64,000 bases of DNA from Callorhinchus milii (GCF_018977255.1 NW_024704742.1:107262001-107326000); one strand, 5' to 3'. Numbered from the stretch's first letter, positions 23,171 to 37,165 are shown. Translations and numbers: made by a program. The notes: generated from the sequence alone by a model not told the origin.

Positions 23171-23848
23171 TATCGACTTTCACTCTGTTTGAATCCTGCA
23201 AATAGAAGATAGTTTATTCACTGGATTGATTATTAAGGTCGGGTCTGGTCTCAGACTGCAAGAATATTTGATTTGCTTTTTTGAGGAAGCTCTTTACAGT
23301 TCCTGGAATTGCTCAATGGATACTATATGAACTCCTTAATGTACAGAAGTCTATATGTTATACAGTGCTTGTTTGCAATGTATCCTTAGCTTCCCACCTT
23401 TATTGGATAGAGCAACTTGTCTGCAGAGTAACTCAGCAAGTGCCAGGCTATAGTCAAAAGTTCTGAATGATTACCTCTGTGAACCTTGTATATCTACTTG
23501 AGAGTGAATGCACTAAATATTGTGTAAGTAAAAAAAAGGCAACTCCATATCTAATTGTATAAATAACATATTATGAAAAAGTACTCTTTCTTTGCTTTGC
23601 TGCTGAGCGCTGGGTATGTGAGGGCCATGACATGAGTTACTTGTGGGGAAGCGTCAAGCCACTGCAGAGTAGTTTCCCTGACAGTTCTGCTCAGATCATA
23701 TAATCACAGTGTGGTGAATCAATAATACTACTAATAATAATCCTTGCATTTGATATAATGTCTTATCATGTCGTTGAGATGTCACAGGATATATTGTAAA
23801 GTGGCATCACTGTGTATTTTATGGGAGAAATGGGGCAGCCAGGTACCA

Positions 23849-24130
23849 CAATAATAATAATAATAATCCTTGCATTTGATATAGCGCCTTATCACGTCTT
23901 CGAGGAGTCTCAAAGCACTTCACAGAATACACTGCAAAGTGAATTGACTGTATATTTGGTGGGCCAAACGTCCCACAAATAGTCCTGGAGCGAGTGACCA
24001 ATCTTATTCGGGGAATTGTTGGCTAGGACACTGGGAGAAACTCCTTTCTCTTTTCGAATAGTACCAAGGGATCTATAACGTTCACCTGAACAGACAGATG
24101 GAACCTCGATTTAACGTCTCATCTGAGGAT
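23849..24130 (-). mobile_element. Deu-domain SINE 3' portion
   Basis: (TAA)n tccttgcatttgatatagcgcc...cacctgaacagacagatggaacctcgatttaacgtctcatctga. Confidence 0.88.
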
Positions 24131-25199
24131 AGATCAATAACAACAACAAAAAATTGCATTTATTTAGCTCCTTTCATGTCCCAAGGCGAATCAAGGGCAT
24201 GAACCAAGCAGTGCTACTCACAATGCGAAGCAACAGTAAACCAAACTATTGAACCACACAACATGAGCTTGGTAAAAAAAGCACAACTGCATTGGAATGC
24301 TATTTCAATTTTTTGTAAACCATTTTCTTAAAACAAATTACTGTTGAAATCTACAACATGAAATACTTATTAAACATAAACTTTGAGTTTCAAATATTTA
24401 CAAGTGAAACTTATAATTTTGTGTTGTATAAATCATCTACTCTGTTGATTTAACTATGGTTCTGAAGTATTCACAACCCAGAATGTAACCAGTAGGTTTA
24501 ACATGCATTTAAATGTTTGAAAGATGTTTTTCAGCATTTAAAGGAAATGGAAATGTTATCATACAAAAATCTGAATAGCTTAACTTTTTTGCTGTTTGAA
24601 CTTAAACAGATCGTCTCTCAGCAAAATGTGATAATCTCACGCGTGCATCCTGCACTTTAGACTGAAATGTTCTTACATTAAATTAATATTCATGCAACAC
24701 AGTCTCTCTGCCAACAGATGTCTATATGGAGTAGCTTGCATTAGATATAGAAACCTCAGTAATAAAAGCTTTATTATCTAAAGCAATTTAAAAAACTACC
24801 TGCACAATTTAAACTATGTACTTATTACAAATAGACCAACACTGCAAATTAATTGCACAACCTACAAAGCATAATAGCAAATATAAATGACCTTAATGAG
24901 CCAAATTTTTAGGCGATTACCTTTTCAGGCAGTAAGGATCTGTTGAATGATTCAAGTGGGTCTACCCTAGTTTTCCAGGGCAAAATTTGCAGTGTTTTTT
25001 AACATCTCAATTATCACAAGGAATCATGCAAATTGTACACCATTGTAAAATGGATGCTTCTCTCTATCTCCTTATTTGAGATTTGTGGTGACTGATAGCT
25101 GGGCCTAGCTTCCTGATGTGGCCACAGTTAGCAGCTTGCTCTAACTTACTGATAAAATTTTAAATTCATTCCCCATATCACAGAGTTTAGGCTCGAGCT

Positions 25200-26000
25200 G
25201 CCAAGAATTAAGCATAAACATAATCAGGACCATTTCCTATGGCGTTCTCTCCAACGTTCCCTGTTGCTTTCCAAGGCCTGCCGTCTGAGGTAACTAAGGG
25301 TGTCACACCTTACTGGCTCAGAAAACATTTGACATTGTAACACAGAAATGTATTTATCTTCCTGATGCCTGATCTCATTATCACTCCTTGGGTGGGGGAG
25401 AAGGAAGGAGAGGTAAGCAGTGGCTCCTTGGAACTGAGCTGACTGGCTCCAAGATGACATGCTTGGCAATGGAATGTAGAACAAGTCAATCCTCTGTGAC
25501 CATGCATTATGCAGAGCACTGCTAATGACAGATCAACCGGCCTAGCAGGGCTTGGAAAAACACTGGGGAAGGGATTCTTCCAGTTCAGCTCCTGTTTACC
25601 CTGCAAGCCAAAGTCTAGGTATGGTGACTCTAGCTGGACAAGCAGCAGGAGGTTTGCCAGGGAGTGCTCTATATGGCAAAGCATACAGCTCTAGCTGGTT
25701 AAACTCCAGCATTGACCTGATGCGCATTCAGAGGTTCCCAAGACATGGCTCTTGCCAACTTGCACTTAATGTTCTCGTGCTCTCAGGAAATAGGTAAATA
25801 GAGTGTCATTCCTGGGAGAGAGAATGCATTCCATTCTACTCCAGGCACCGGGAACTTTCCATGTGTCATACATGGAAAAGTGGCATACATATGTTGAACT
25901 TAGCATGGTGATGGTTTTCTGCATGGGTGACAGAGACCTAGTTGACCAAAAATTTCCCTGAGCTCTGGGAAAATAGCAATATTGCCACCTGCAAGTGATC
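25200..26000 (-). mobile_element. Probable highly decayed DIRS-type (tyrosine recombinase) retrotransposon relic
   Basis: Colinear minus-strand fragments PELREIFGQLG, MYAT, PGVEWNAFSLP, IYLFP, HRGLTCSTFHCQ and SVLQCQMFSEPVRCDTLSYL resemble recalled DIRS motifs (DLFAT, DAFSLPW..YLFPP, GLS.ST, PFEPL....L..L). Confidence 0.45.
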
Positions 26001-26718
26001 ATAAAACCAAGATACTCTTCACAGTTGGAGGCACAAGCAAGACTTGTCTTTCGGTCCTGTGATTTCTTGCACAATGATATGTCAATGTTGGCAGTGCTTG
26101 CAGGAGGAAGCGCCATATGAAGACTGAGATTTTTATCAATGGGAGAGAAGAAAATCTCTCAGCCAGTCAGTAAATAGTGGGAAGAGAATATACATGCAAA
26201 TACTTGGGGGAGACAAATACAAGTTTTCAAAGCAGATTCTATAATACATTCCATACTGTATGGACCTTGTTATGAAACTTCACAGTTTTCATCCCACCGA
26301 AGTAACACTACAGGAAGAAAGTCCAAGTGAGAGATATTATCCTGGCATATTTCTATCAAATGCATTTCCACATGTCTTTTAAAACATTGTTTGCAATATA
26401 CTTGACTTTACAATTGATTGCAATTACTGACCGCACGATTAGAATCGTAAGACCTAAGCCATTTCCGCAGTTAAATTTGAGATGTGTCATTTCAATCCCA
26501 AGCCTCACACTTGTGCTTCACTCAAATCATAGAAGTATCTCTCAGCCACTGACAGACAATCAGATTGTACTGCTTTTAAAGAGGATTCGAATACTTAAAA
26601 TGCACTATTGTTTTCAGCTCATACTCTGGATTCCAGCCCTTGCAACATAACTAAATATAATGAGATACTGTACATTTAAATCAGCTTTAAACCTGCTCTT
26701 ATCTGAACTTTCCTGGTA

Positions 26719-26745
26719 GTGTGTGTGTGTGTGTGTGTGTGTGTG
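26719..26745. repeat. (GT)n microsatellite
   Basis: Perfect GT run. Confidence 0.95.
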
Positions 26746-27011
26746 TTGGTGGGAAGGGGGGTTTGGAAGAGACAAAATGATAGAGGGATGCTGAGCATCT
26801 CTCTAAGTCTGAGCCTCAAGAGGCTGTAGCCAGATGCTATTGTGCCTCCTCTCAGTACTCAGCCTTGGAAATGGCACATAAATATACGGTTTAGCATAGT
26901 CATTATTATTATTCATATGGGTTAAAAGATTTGTTTATAAAATTTAGTATGCCCAATTTTTTCCTGATTTTCTCCCCACTGGCAGATGTCTTTCTGCTTC
27001 TTGTCTGATCC

Positions 27012-27310
27012 CTTCTTGCTGAGTGCGGTTCCACAGCTGCTGGTTGCCCCCAAGTTCCTTACCCAAGTGTCTGTTGCTCATGTGTGAGCCTTGACAGTGA
27101 ATGTCGACAGACCACTGTATTGTATAGGGTGTCCCAGCTGAACCTGACCTCTGCTCACCCGCTTGCTATGTGCAAGCAAAATCTGTAGGCGGTACTAGCC
27201 AATGTAACCTCCACATGCAGTCCTGGCTGAGACCAGTATACTCAACACGGACCAGGATTCAAACCACTGAACTCCCATTGTATACACTGCACCTCCATCC
27301 ATTACACTCA
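27012..27310 (-). mobile_element. Ancient SINE (AmnSINE2-like)
   Basis: ttccacagctgctgg...ccaagtgtctgttgctcatgtgtgagccttgacagtgaatgtcgacag; homologous to 37695-37935 and 53155-53350. Confidence 0.6.
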
Positions 27311-27559
27311 TGGGCTACCAGAGGTTAAAACATAATTTATTGAAGGGGAAACAACTCAATAATTTTGCACTGAAACATGGGTTGTGGCTATGCCTCATTT
27401 ACTCACTTGGGAATTGCAAATCCCAGGGGAAATAAGAAGGAATAGTCGTTCGTTCCTATTAAGTACACAGATTGAGCCTGAGAAGTTGATTTTGAATCTG
27501 AATGTGAATAAGCAGCAGCTGTTTGGAGATTAATGCCAATGCACTCATCACCAGACTAT

Positions 27560-28121
27560 CAACAAGGTCCAAATGATTCAAAAGTCTGCTACCCGTGTTC
27601 TCACCCATACAAGGCTCTGAACCCCCATCAACCCAGTTCTTGCCAGACTCCATTGCTCCCTGTTGCAGAACGGATCAATTTCAAGATCCTCACTCTCACT
27701 TTAAAATCTCTCCATGCCCTGGCACCTCCCTACTTCTCCAATCTGCTCACCCCATTCCTCTATCCACCTGCTTTACTCAACTAGCGCAGATCTACACTCC
27801 AAGACGCCGTCTGACGTGAAGGCCACTATATAAATGCAAGTTGTTATTGTCTCATGCATGTCCCTCACCTCCTCAGCTCCACAATCAGTGATCTTGTTTT
27901 CATCCATTATGCTCCGAATCTCTAGAACTCCCAGCCTCAATCCCTCCATCTGGTCCCCTCTTTCCTCGTCTTCAAATCACAACTGAAGACCTTCCCCTTT
28001 GACCGTGCCTTTGGTTACTTACCTTGCCTTTCCAGCTTAACGTCAAGCCATACTCCTGTTAAGCGTTCTGAGACACTACCTGTGTGAAGGGTTCTATACA
28101 GATGCAAGTTTTTGTGGTTGT
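27560..28121 (+). mobile_element. L2 LINE 3' fragment(s)
   Basis: LLPVAERINFKILTLTLKSLHALAPPYFSNLL; two L2-type tails (about 27850 and 28120). Confidence 0.85.
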
Positions 28122-29829
28122 TAAAATTTTATTTTATTTTGGAGGATTATTATTATTGTCCCTTCTCACAATTTTTGATAGCTGGCAAGACACATCTGAG
28201 TGTTTGTGAGGGGTGGAGTACAAGTGGGATTTGGGTGAGAAAGTGGAGATCTGAAGCGGGGTTCTGATCATTCTGTTAGTTATGTAAACATCGGGTTTAT
28301 GCTGAGTTGCAAGTACCTTTATACCTGTGAAATTTCTGCTTTCACATTGGAACCTGTGCTTGTGGCCTAAATATTGTGAAATGCACGCAAACACATAGAT
28401 GAATGAGAACAGATATCAACCTCAGCCTAGATGCCGGGTTGATGCATTGCATTTAGAAAAAACAAGGGTGGTTTCCTGCTTCATTACATTTCCTTCTCTG
28501 TTTATCTGCATCTCATCCATGCAAGTCAGTTTGGGAAGAATTATATTGTGCCCAGAATACATTTTGAAATGTTGTTTAAAAAAAACACTTTGTAAAACAT
28601 GCATTAAAGCTCTTAGCAATGCTAAACAAGTTAAATAATTTTCCAATTACTCCATTTTCTCCAGAGTAAGTGCCTCAAATTGTTAGGTATGTTCAGCAAT
28701 CTGAAGCAGACAGTTTTATTGGATGTCTTTCTATCTAAGGAGATTGTTGGTTTCCATGGAAATCTTGAATATGGGATTTTACCAAAGGGTTGTTGGGCAG
28801 AATAATGCAATGTGCGATGTATTATTACCAGGGATACTTATTATAGAAAATTCCCACGAAAGTAATTGCCTGTCCATGAGTATGACCACCCCTCCCACCA
28901 CCCCAACTCCATTACAAGTGTTTGGCCTGTAACCATCATTAACCTGAGCATTAAAGTGCCTGCATTGGAGAGCATGTTAGTGGGATATGGTCTTACCACA
29001 ACAAAAAATCAATTAAATTGATATCCAGCAATCCAGTGCCATACTGTGAGGGTCAATAATTAAGTACAAGTTCAATTTCAGGCCCAGTCAATATGACTGG
29101 TGGTTGTGCACATCTATAGACTAGTCAGTGTCTTTCGTGAACAACGGGCCACATTTTTCAATGATGCATTAATTAAAACATCACTGGTTGCAATTTGCAC
29201 CTCTTTGTTTCATTCTGAACATGACAGGTTCAGTCAGAAACCATCATACAGATGAAAATAATCACCATAAATGGCAACAAGATGTTGCGCAGACATATTG
29301 TACAGATACGGATTTATTAAGATGGGAGATGATATAGTTTATATATATTAAACTAAAAGCAGAACAGGAAATCGGACCTCCAAACACCGCACAAAAGTCA
29401 TTTCAATGATGAAAATGTCATCTCTTGTAATTTTGTGTAACCCTGAGGAAATCCCATTCCACTCCCATTGAATGTATCCCGAGCTAATACCAGCTCTCCC
29501 AGATCAGGCTTATATGGTTGTCTAATAGTCGTTTCTAATACACTGTGGAGATTTCTGTCCAGTCAGACTTTTGAAAGCTTGAATGAGTTCACATTTGTGC
29601 AAAATAACTGGGAAATTCACAGCTCATTACAGGCTCATATGCTGCATAGTCCACAAATCACAAAGGAGAAGTACATGACTCTTGGACTGATGTTTTTCTT
29701 TCACGATAATGTTACATTTGTACTCTCTGTATGGGAGCAGTGGGCCATACATCTTCCATTCGTGGTGAATGATGCTTGTAGAACAATGCAGTAAAAGGTG
29801 GCTAATTTTTTCTTTATCCACTGGGTAAT

Positions 29830-31025
29830 TAATGACTGCAACAGGTTGCTAGGAAGTGTTGTTCAGGCCAGGACACTCATTTAAAAAGCATCGGATGCTG
29901 TAATGTTATGATGGGTATTCTGGAGAGATGAGATCAGATGGGCTGGAAGATCTTCTTCATCTGAACTGATTGTGTTATCTTGTGACATAGTTGGTGTGCA
30001 AAAATAAGCAAGTGAGGATTACATTTATAGAAGACATTAGTTAGATCTCAGTGAGAGTAATGTACAAAGTCTAGGCTCTGCACTATAGAAAAAGGATACT
30101 TGAGCCAGAGGAAGCTATTCAGTCTATCAAGACCATTATTAAATTGTGTCAGATCTTTCAACCCCAACAACTCTTTAAACCTCTACTACACACATTTCTG
30201 AATATCTATATTATAAATCATAGAGAGGGTACAGTATAGGTTCATATAGATTATATTAAATCATTAACAGGGAATATAGTTATGATGTGTTTTTACTGGA
30301 ATAGAGAGGGTTAAGTTTAGATCTAACAAACGTCTTCAGAATTCTGAAACTTTTTGAGGGGATAATTAGTGATAAATAGGCATGAACTCAGGATTTGTAT
30401 TGCAACAGTTAGAAGAATTTTGTCACAAAAAGGTTCATTAGGACATATAATTGTTTGCTAGAAGTGGCTATAAAAGCTAAAGAGAAACACTGCAATAGGA
30501 CTTACAAGACCATTAACAGAACTTAAAAGGGAATTGAATGAACATTTGAAGAGGAAGAATATGAAAAGGATATGGGAAAAGGGCAGGGAATTGGGCTTAG
30601 CTCCAATGAAGCAGCCAGCACCAAACTAAATTCAATAGGTTGAATTGCCTTCTTCTGTGCTATAATTTGCATGATTCCAAATGACATAGTCCCATGAGTC
30701 ATCATCATTCACAGATTGCCTATTCCAGCTTTGATCCTTTGTAACCTTAGATTAATGTATGTGCCATTTTGCATTAAATAGCAATCACAGTTGTACTGTG
30801 GGGAAAGACAAGTGCTCTTTATTAAATAATAATATTTACAAAACAGAAGACCTTTCTCGCACACACTGATATACACTAGAAATGTTTAAGATTATGAAAT
30901 GTTTTGATATGGTGGATGTTGATAGGCTATTTCCACCTTTTGGTAAGTCCAAGATAAAGAAACCATGAATACACAATAGCCAGTAGCAGATTTAAAATGG
31001 AGTTTAGGAGAAACATCTTTACATA
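29830..31025 (+). mobile_element. Cluster of heavily degraded CR1 fragments
   Basis: ttagatctcagtgagagtaatgtacaaagtctagg, gatctaacaaacgtcttcagaattctgaa, gaaatgtttaagattatgaaatgttttgat, gagtttaggagaaacatcttt. Confidence 0.6.
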
Positions 31026-31390
31026 GAGAATGTAGTGTATGTGTTGCGAGCATTCGCCTTGCAAGCAAGATGACCGGCTTCGATTCCTGGCCAGGAAGTA
31101 AATTTAGGCAAGTTTCCTAACTGCACATGTCTCTGTTTACCTAGCAGTAAGTAGGAACACAGTTGGTAGTTATTTGGAGGATCACTTTCTGGGGGTAATA
31201 ATTCCTTCAAAAAAAATAATAATGGTCACTCAATCCACAACTGTTTATGGAACCCTGCTGTGTCCAATTAGCTGTCTCGTTTCACCCACAAAACATACAG
31301 TTAATTCACAGTATATTCTGTGAAACACTTTGAGATGTCTCGAAGATGTAGTAAGATACTATATCAAATGAAAGGATTATTAGTATTATA
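31026..31390 (+). mobile_element. tRNA-SINE, longer and older subfamily
   Basis: Head gtagtgtatgtg..ttcgccttgcaagcaag..ggcttcgattcc, central ctctgtttacctagcagtaagtagg, shared 3' half and tail. Confidence 0.85.
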
Positions 31391-31391
31391 A

Positions 31392-31605
31392 GATGGGGAA
31401 GGAAGGGGCAAGGAGGAGAGATAGAGGAAGAGTGTTCCAGAGTTTTGAGGTGTAATGGCTGAAAGCGCAACCACCGATGAGGTACGCGTACGCGGGAAGT
31501 GGTTGGAGAAAGTGGAGCGGAAACAGCAGGTAGTGGTTGGGTAGTAAACAGGTCAGAGAAGTAGGGTGATGCCAGGCATGAAGGGATTTGAAGACAAAAC
31601 TTCAA
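31392..31605 (-). mobile_element. L2 fragment
   Basis: gagtgttccagagttttgaggtgtaatggctgaaagcgcaacc. Confidence 0.75.
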
Positions 31606-32109
31606 TTATACGTGGCAATAGGTTAACAATAACTAATGTCCAAACTTTCAGTATTCCAAATCCCTTGGTAAAAATATCTGATTCTATTCAATCAGCAATT
31701 ACTTTGCAGGCTTGTAGGATAATACAATAGATTGAATCATTATATTTGTCCATAGAATTCTGGCCCCAAGGCTTCAGGCACAAGCTTTCTCAAAGATTTT
31801 TTCTGCACCATTACATACTTGGTGCTCAACACAGGATTTCATGTCTACCCTTTTCAAATATTTACCTATTACAAGAGAAGGAATTTGTAGCCCATTGATC
31901 TAAAGTTTGATGTTGCATTATGTCATGAGTCAGAAATTCTTGAACACCGAATCCAAAAGTTTCTGCCTGGCAGTTGATGACATGCAACTGGTTAGGATGT
32001 AGAGAATCAGAGGTCAGAGTTCAATTGTTTTGCCCTTTAACTTCTAAGCCTCTACACATTTAAAAAAGTGCTCTCCTCAGCACGTGCAATTTATGCAGAA
32101 TCTTCAATT

Positions 32110-32385
32110 GAACTCGTGATTGAAGGAGGGAATTTCAGAACAAATCTGCGGAAACACCACTTCAATGAGCGAGTGTTAAACGTATAGAACAGGCTCCTTA
32201 AGAAGACGGTGGAAGAGAAAATGTCGACTCTTTCAAAAACAAGTTGGGTAGATTTTTATTGGGAAATAATATCTCGGGATACATTATGTAGCTTGGGACA
32301 CAACATGTTATGCGACTGCCAGGTGGTAGAAGATGAACTGAATGGACCTCGGTCTTCGTTCAGTTAGCAAATTTTATGTTTTTAG
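32110..32385 (+). mobile_element. CR1 3' end
   Basis: IEGGNFRTNLRKHHFNERVLNV*NRL..FKNKLGRFLL followed by 3' UTR. Confidence 0.8.
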
Positions 32386-33293
32386 GGTTCTTATGGTGAA
32401 CTTATTTCTGGCTACTTAATGTCATGCATGATTTTATTTCTTTAACTGTTTCTGGGGTCTGCTTTGTGGTGTTTCAGAGAAAAATAGCTAAATATGAAAT
32501 CTTACATGTCGCCATATGGGTCTCATGCCAATCTCCCCCAGAACTCTTGCTTGGTCAATATTCTGATGGCACTGGAGCCTTCTTTTGGCCAAATTCAATT
32601 TCAAAGAATTCGGAAAGAGCTCAGTGTTCGAATGACATTCCAGTGAGTTGATGTGAGACCCATCTGGGCATTTGTTGGATTCAATATTTAGAAATCCCTT
32701 TAGCAATTAACATACATTAGGCCTCATTGTTAGCTGTGAGAGTAGATCCACTTCAAAATGCCACCTTTTGAATAGGTCTTCGAGACACATTTCTCAAGGA
32801 AAATGTGCTAACCATGCAGCATTATACTTATCCAGTTAGAACCCTTTACACTTTAGAGATTCATCTTGTAAGTTGTAAAGGCATGTCTCTACCTTCAAAC
32901 CAGCATCAGATTACTATGGACCCGCCTGATTTTTGCCCAACTTGTCTTCTCAGAGGTAATTTAGCCAGAGAGAGCTCCTAGTTGTCTTTCCATCCCAAAG
33001 AGATGCCATTTATCTTTCTGTCCCAGGAAGATTTTTTTTAGAAATGGTTCACATTTTATTAAATTCAAAAGACTGAAGGACTAAGTGGATCCATAACCTT
33101 CTAAGCCCACATTAATCAACCGAGTTGGTTGATGTGTTTCTGAGGAATGTGCCTTTCTGAGCTTGGTGGCTATTTTCCTGGTTCTTTATTTTATCTGAAT
33201 CGGCTTTATAACTTGTCATTAACCTTACCTCGCAACTGTTTATCATGCCTGGCAAGAGACACAGCTCATTCAAGCAATAGGATAGGCCAATGT

Positions 33294-33510
33294 AATAATA
33301 ATAATAATAATCCTTGCATTTGATATAGCGCTTTTCACGTCGGGAGGACGTCCCAAAGCGCTTCACAGAACACACTGTAAAGTGAATTGACTGTATATTT
33401 GTGGGCGAACGCGGCAGCCAATTGCGCATAGCAATGTCCCACAAACAGTCGTAGATTGAAAATGACCAATTTATTATTGTTTTTTGGTTTTTGGAGGGAT
33501 TATTATTAGG
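33294..33510 (-). mobile_element. Young tRNA-SINE, 5'-truncated
   Basis: Near-identical reverse complement of 5187-5405. Confidence 0.95.
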
Positions 33511-33864
33511 AGAAAAGATGTAAATCCAAAGTGTTTTTCAATGAATTCCAGGGAATCCAGTGGAATAATAAATGTATTTACTCCTATTGAGTTGTTCCCA
33601 CCAAGGGATTAAATCTTATTACCATTTTCATATCACGACACAATTTTCACGCTGTGGTGCAAAATCAGATGATTGCAAAACGGTGCCTCATTAAGTAGCT
33701 TAACATCTTTCAAGTGACAGCTGATTATGGTTGGCAAGAACCTTATAACTGGACTGATAGTCACAGCAAAGGGCTGATCTAACTGCATCTCATTAGACAC
33801 AACAACAACAAATTACATTTGTATAGCACCTTTCATGTCGGGACGATGTCCCACTTCCTGACTT

Positions 33865-34183
33865 GTGGAGTCCTGTAGCTCAATGGTTAGAGCACACGCC
33901 TCACAAGCGAGAGACCTGGTTTTGATTTCCAGCAGGGAGAAAATTTGGGCAAGTTTCTTTACTCTTCACTCCTGATAATAATCCTTTAAGAAAAAAAACA
34001 ATAATAAATTGGTCAGTTCAATCCACCACTGTTTGTGGGACACTGCTGTGTGGAATTAGCTCCCGTGTTTCGCCCACAAAATATACTGTCAATTCACTTT
34101 ACAGTATATTCTGTGAAGCACTTTAAGATGTCTAGAAGACATGAAAAGGGCTATAACAAATCCAAGGATTATTATTATTATTA
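33865..34183 (+). mobile_element. tRNA-SINE, full length
   Basis: gtggagtcctgtagctcaatggttagagcacacgcctcacaagcgagag...ggattattatt. Confidence 0.93.
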
Positions 34184-36329
34184 AGTTGAAATGCCTTTTG
34201 TCACCTCCCTTGTAATTCTTGATCAAGACTATTTTGGGCTAAATTCCTTTGTAAGCACTTAATTTATAATCTACAAGACTGAATAAATTCCATAAAATAT
34301 ACTCACTTTTTAAGTGTGATCTAGGAGGTAGGTCTACACTTTTCATACTTGAAAAGATCTCAGATAGAAATTCCTAGCATTTTCTGTTTGCACATGTATG
34401 GAATTTTACATTATTGAATCCGAAATACCGTAGGTCTTATTTTTCCCAGTCTGAGGGGGTGCTCACATTACTCTGTCTGAATTCTCCCTTATTAATTGAA
34501 ACAACAATAATAATCTTTATATTTGATATCGTGTTTTACATTGGGCAGACGTCTCAAAATAATTCAGAGGTTATATCGTAAAGTGTTGTGATTGTATATT
34601 TTGTAGGCGACTACGGCAGCCAAAATTGCATTTGGCAATGTCCCACAAACATTCATGAAATAAATCACAGAGTAACTAAGTTAAGTTACTAAATGATGGA
34701 CTGCATGTTAGTAAAACTCTCGATTTGTGGCGGGAGTGAAGACGACAATAGGAACAATCACAACCAAATCAAACCCATGTTATTTTGAATGAATCTGGCA
34801 CCCAGAAGATTCAGGAAGAAGTATGGCAATCGGAAACAGAAACAAATAAATATATAAAGTACAGGTAATGTTCAAAAAATACATGGAAAGGACATTAAAT
34901 TCTTTGCAGCATCACTTTAAGAGGTCATTCGAAGCCATTGCAACTGCTCTGAAACTAAGTCACAAGCATCTGCTTAGAAATGAGCAGTGCAGCCACTGGA
35001 TGATTAAACTACGAGTGAATTAATCTTCTTAGGCTTCCGATGGTTAGGCATGGGTCAGATTAGCAGAATGTTATGAGATGCTAATGAATGTATCAGTCTA
35101 CACAATTCAAAGACTAGGATTATACAATTCAGCCGTTTCATGGATTTAAATAGTCGTCTGGGACCTGAGGCATGAAAATGAAAAAGATAATGCTGTCTAT
35201 CTGTAGATTTATCAACGAAGTCTGTTGTGAAAAAAACAGGATTTGTCCATTCTTAGCTGGATTTCTAAACTTTTTCCACCCAAGTAATAACATTTGTTGT
35301 AAAAACTATGTGGAATGCATCTTCAGTAGGGTTTATGGAAATATTTCTTGCATTTGATATTGTGTTTTGTAGCATCTCAAGGTATAATTACTATTGTATA
35401 TTTGTAAGCAAATGAGGCAACCAATTTACACTCTGCGGTGTGCCGCAAAGAGCTATGAAAACTCCTTTTTCCTAATTTTCTCACAACTTTCTTTTCTAAA
35501 ATCAACATCTCACTTTAACATCTCATCTGACAACACCTCTTAAAATGCTGCCCATTACTGCATTGGAGTGGCAGTCTAGACTATGAATGAGTTCAAGGCC
35601 TGACCAAGTGCTTGAAACCACAGCTTCTTGATTCAAAGATGACAGGCTGACTGTTGATAAAAAAAATGATGCAATAGAATTACTCTGAAAACCGCTTTCA
35701 TTTTTTGATATTGACAGGAGTCATTGATGCAGTGACAAACTCAATTGTCTGTTTAATTAAATCTTACAAGCAAAAGAATCTGTTGCTGGGTACAGGTAAC
35801 AAAATTATGCTTTCTTACTGATGGATTGTTAAATTGAAATATGTTTAATTGCAGCCACTGGCAATAAGACAAAAATGCAATGACATTACCTTTATGTGGA
35901 AAGCTTCTGCCATCAGCGGCTTTAGATACTAGAAATGTTCAAACACTCTGGAATGCTTAACACCTTCCTCGTACAAGGGGAAATGAGGTGAAAAATGTGG
36001 AACTTCATTGATAGATTTGATGTAATAGTTATCCCCAGTGATAACCATCGCCCTGGTCAGGGCTTGAACTCATTCATAGTCAGATGTTGTCAGATGAGAT
36101 GTGAAAGTGAGGCCACCAGCGATAACTATTGCATCAAATCTGTTATAAAACGTGACATTTTTCACCTCATTATGTTTTGGTGGTGTCATTGTGATTCTCA
36201 TAGAGTAGTTGGCCAAACAATGGGAAGAACTCAAGAATGTGCCGACCTCAGATTGTGCTCAATGGTGCAATAAGTGTGATGATCGTCTGCCCCAATGGAG
36301 TTGTGCTTGAAACCTCATTTAACCGGTTG

Positions 36330-36645
36330 TTAGTTGATTGGCGGATCGCTTTTCCGGGGGTAACAACCCCTTCAAAAAAAAAATTCACTTTGCAGTGTAT
36401 TCTGTGAATTGCTTTGAGACATCTCGAAGACATGATAAGGCGCTATATCAAATGCAAAGATGATTATTCTTATTATTTATTATAATTTGGTCACTCATCC
36501 ACTACTGTTTGTGGGACACTGCTGTGTGCAATTGACTGCTGAGTTTCTCCCACAAAATATACAGAATATTCTGTGAAGGGCTTTGAGATGTCTCTCGGAC
36601 CTGATAAGGCCCTATGTCAAATGCAAGGATTATTATATTATTATT
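36330..36645 (+). mobile_element. Two tandem SINE 3' fragments
   Basis: Two successive tails (about 36475 and 36645), each preceded by tattctgtgaa..gctttgaga. Confidence 0.8.
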
Positions 36646-36825
36646 CATATTTTGATAATGACAGAATTCACTTAAGTGTTTTAATGGCTACTTGTGATTT
36701 TTAGCAAATGTTAGGTAACAAACCATAGCAGACCAAACAAAGTTTAACACCATAAGAAGCAGGAAATAAACCTCTTGGGAACAATAAGAAACAAACTTGA
36801 TGCTAACCCAGATATCGTTTCCGAT

Positions 36826-37165
36826 GGGAGTCCTGTAGCGTAGTGGTTAGACCCCTCGTCTCACAAACAAGAGGACCCGGGTTCGATTCCCAGGCAAGGC
36901 GAAACTTTGGGCAAGTTTCCTTAGTCCATATGCCCCTGTTTTGGTGATTGGCGGATTGCTTTCTGGGGATAATAATCTCTTCATGAATAAATAATAAATT
37001 GGTCACTCAATCCACGACAGTTTGTGGGACACTGCTTTGTGCAACTTGTTCCAACGTTTCGCCCACAAAATATGAAGTTAATTCACTTACAGTATATTCT
37101 GTGAAGCGCTTTGAGAACATCTCAATGACATCATAAGGTACTGTATCAAATGCAAAGAGTATTAT
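36826..37165 (+). mobile_element. tRNA-SINE, full length, Val-like head variant
   Basis: gggagtcctgtagcgtagtggttagacccctcgtctcacaaacaagaggacccgggttcgattccc, shared 3' half. Confidence 0.92.

Noticed and set aside
23704..23735. V(D)J recombination signal (CACAGTG heptamer)
   Set aside because: No ACAAAAACC-like nonamer at 12 or 23 bp and no V or J segment nearby.
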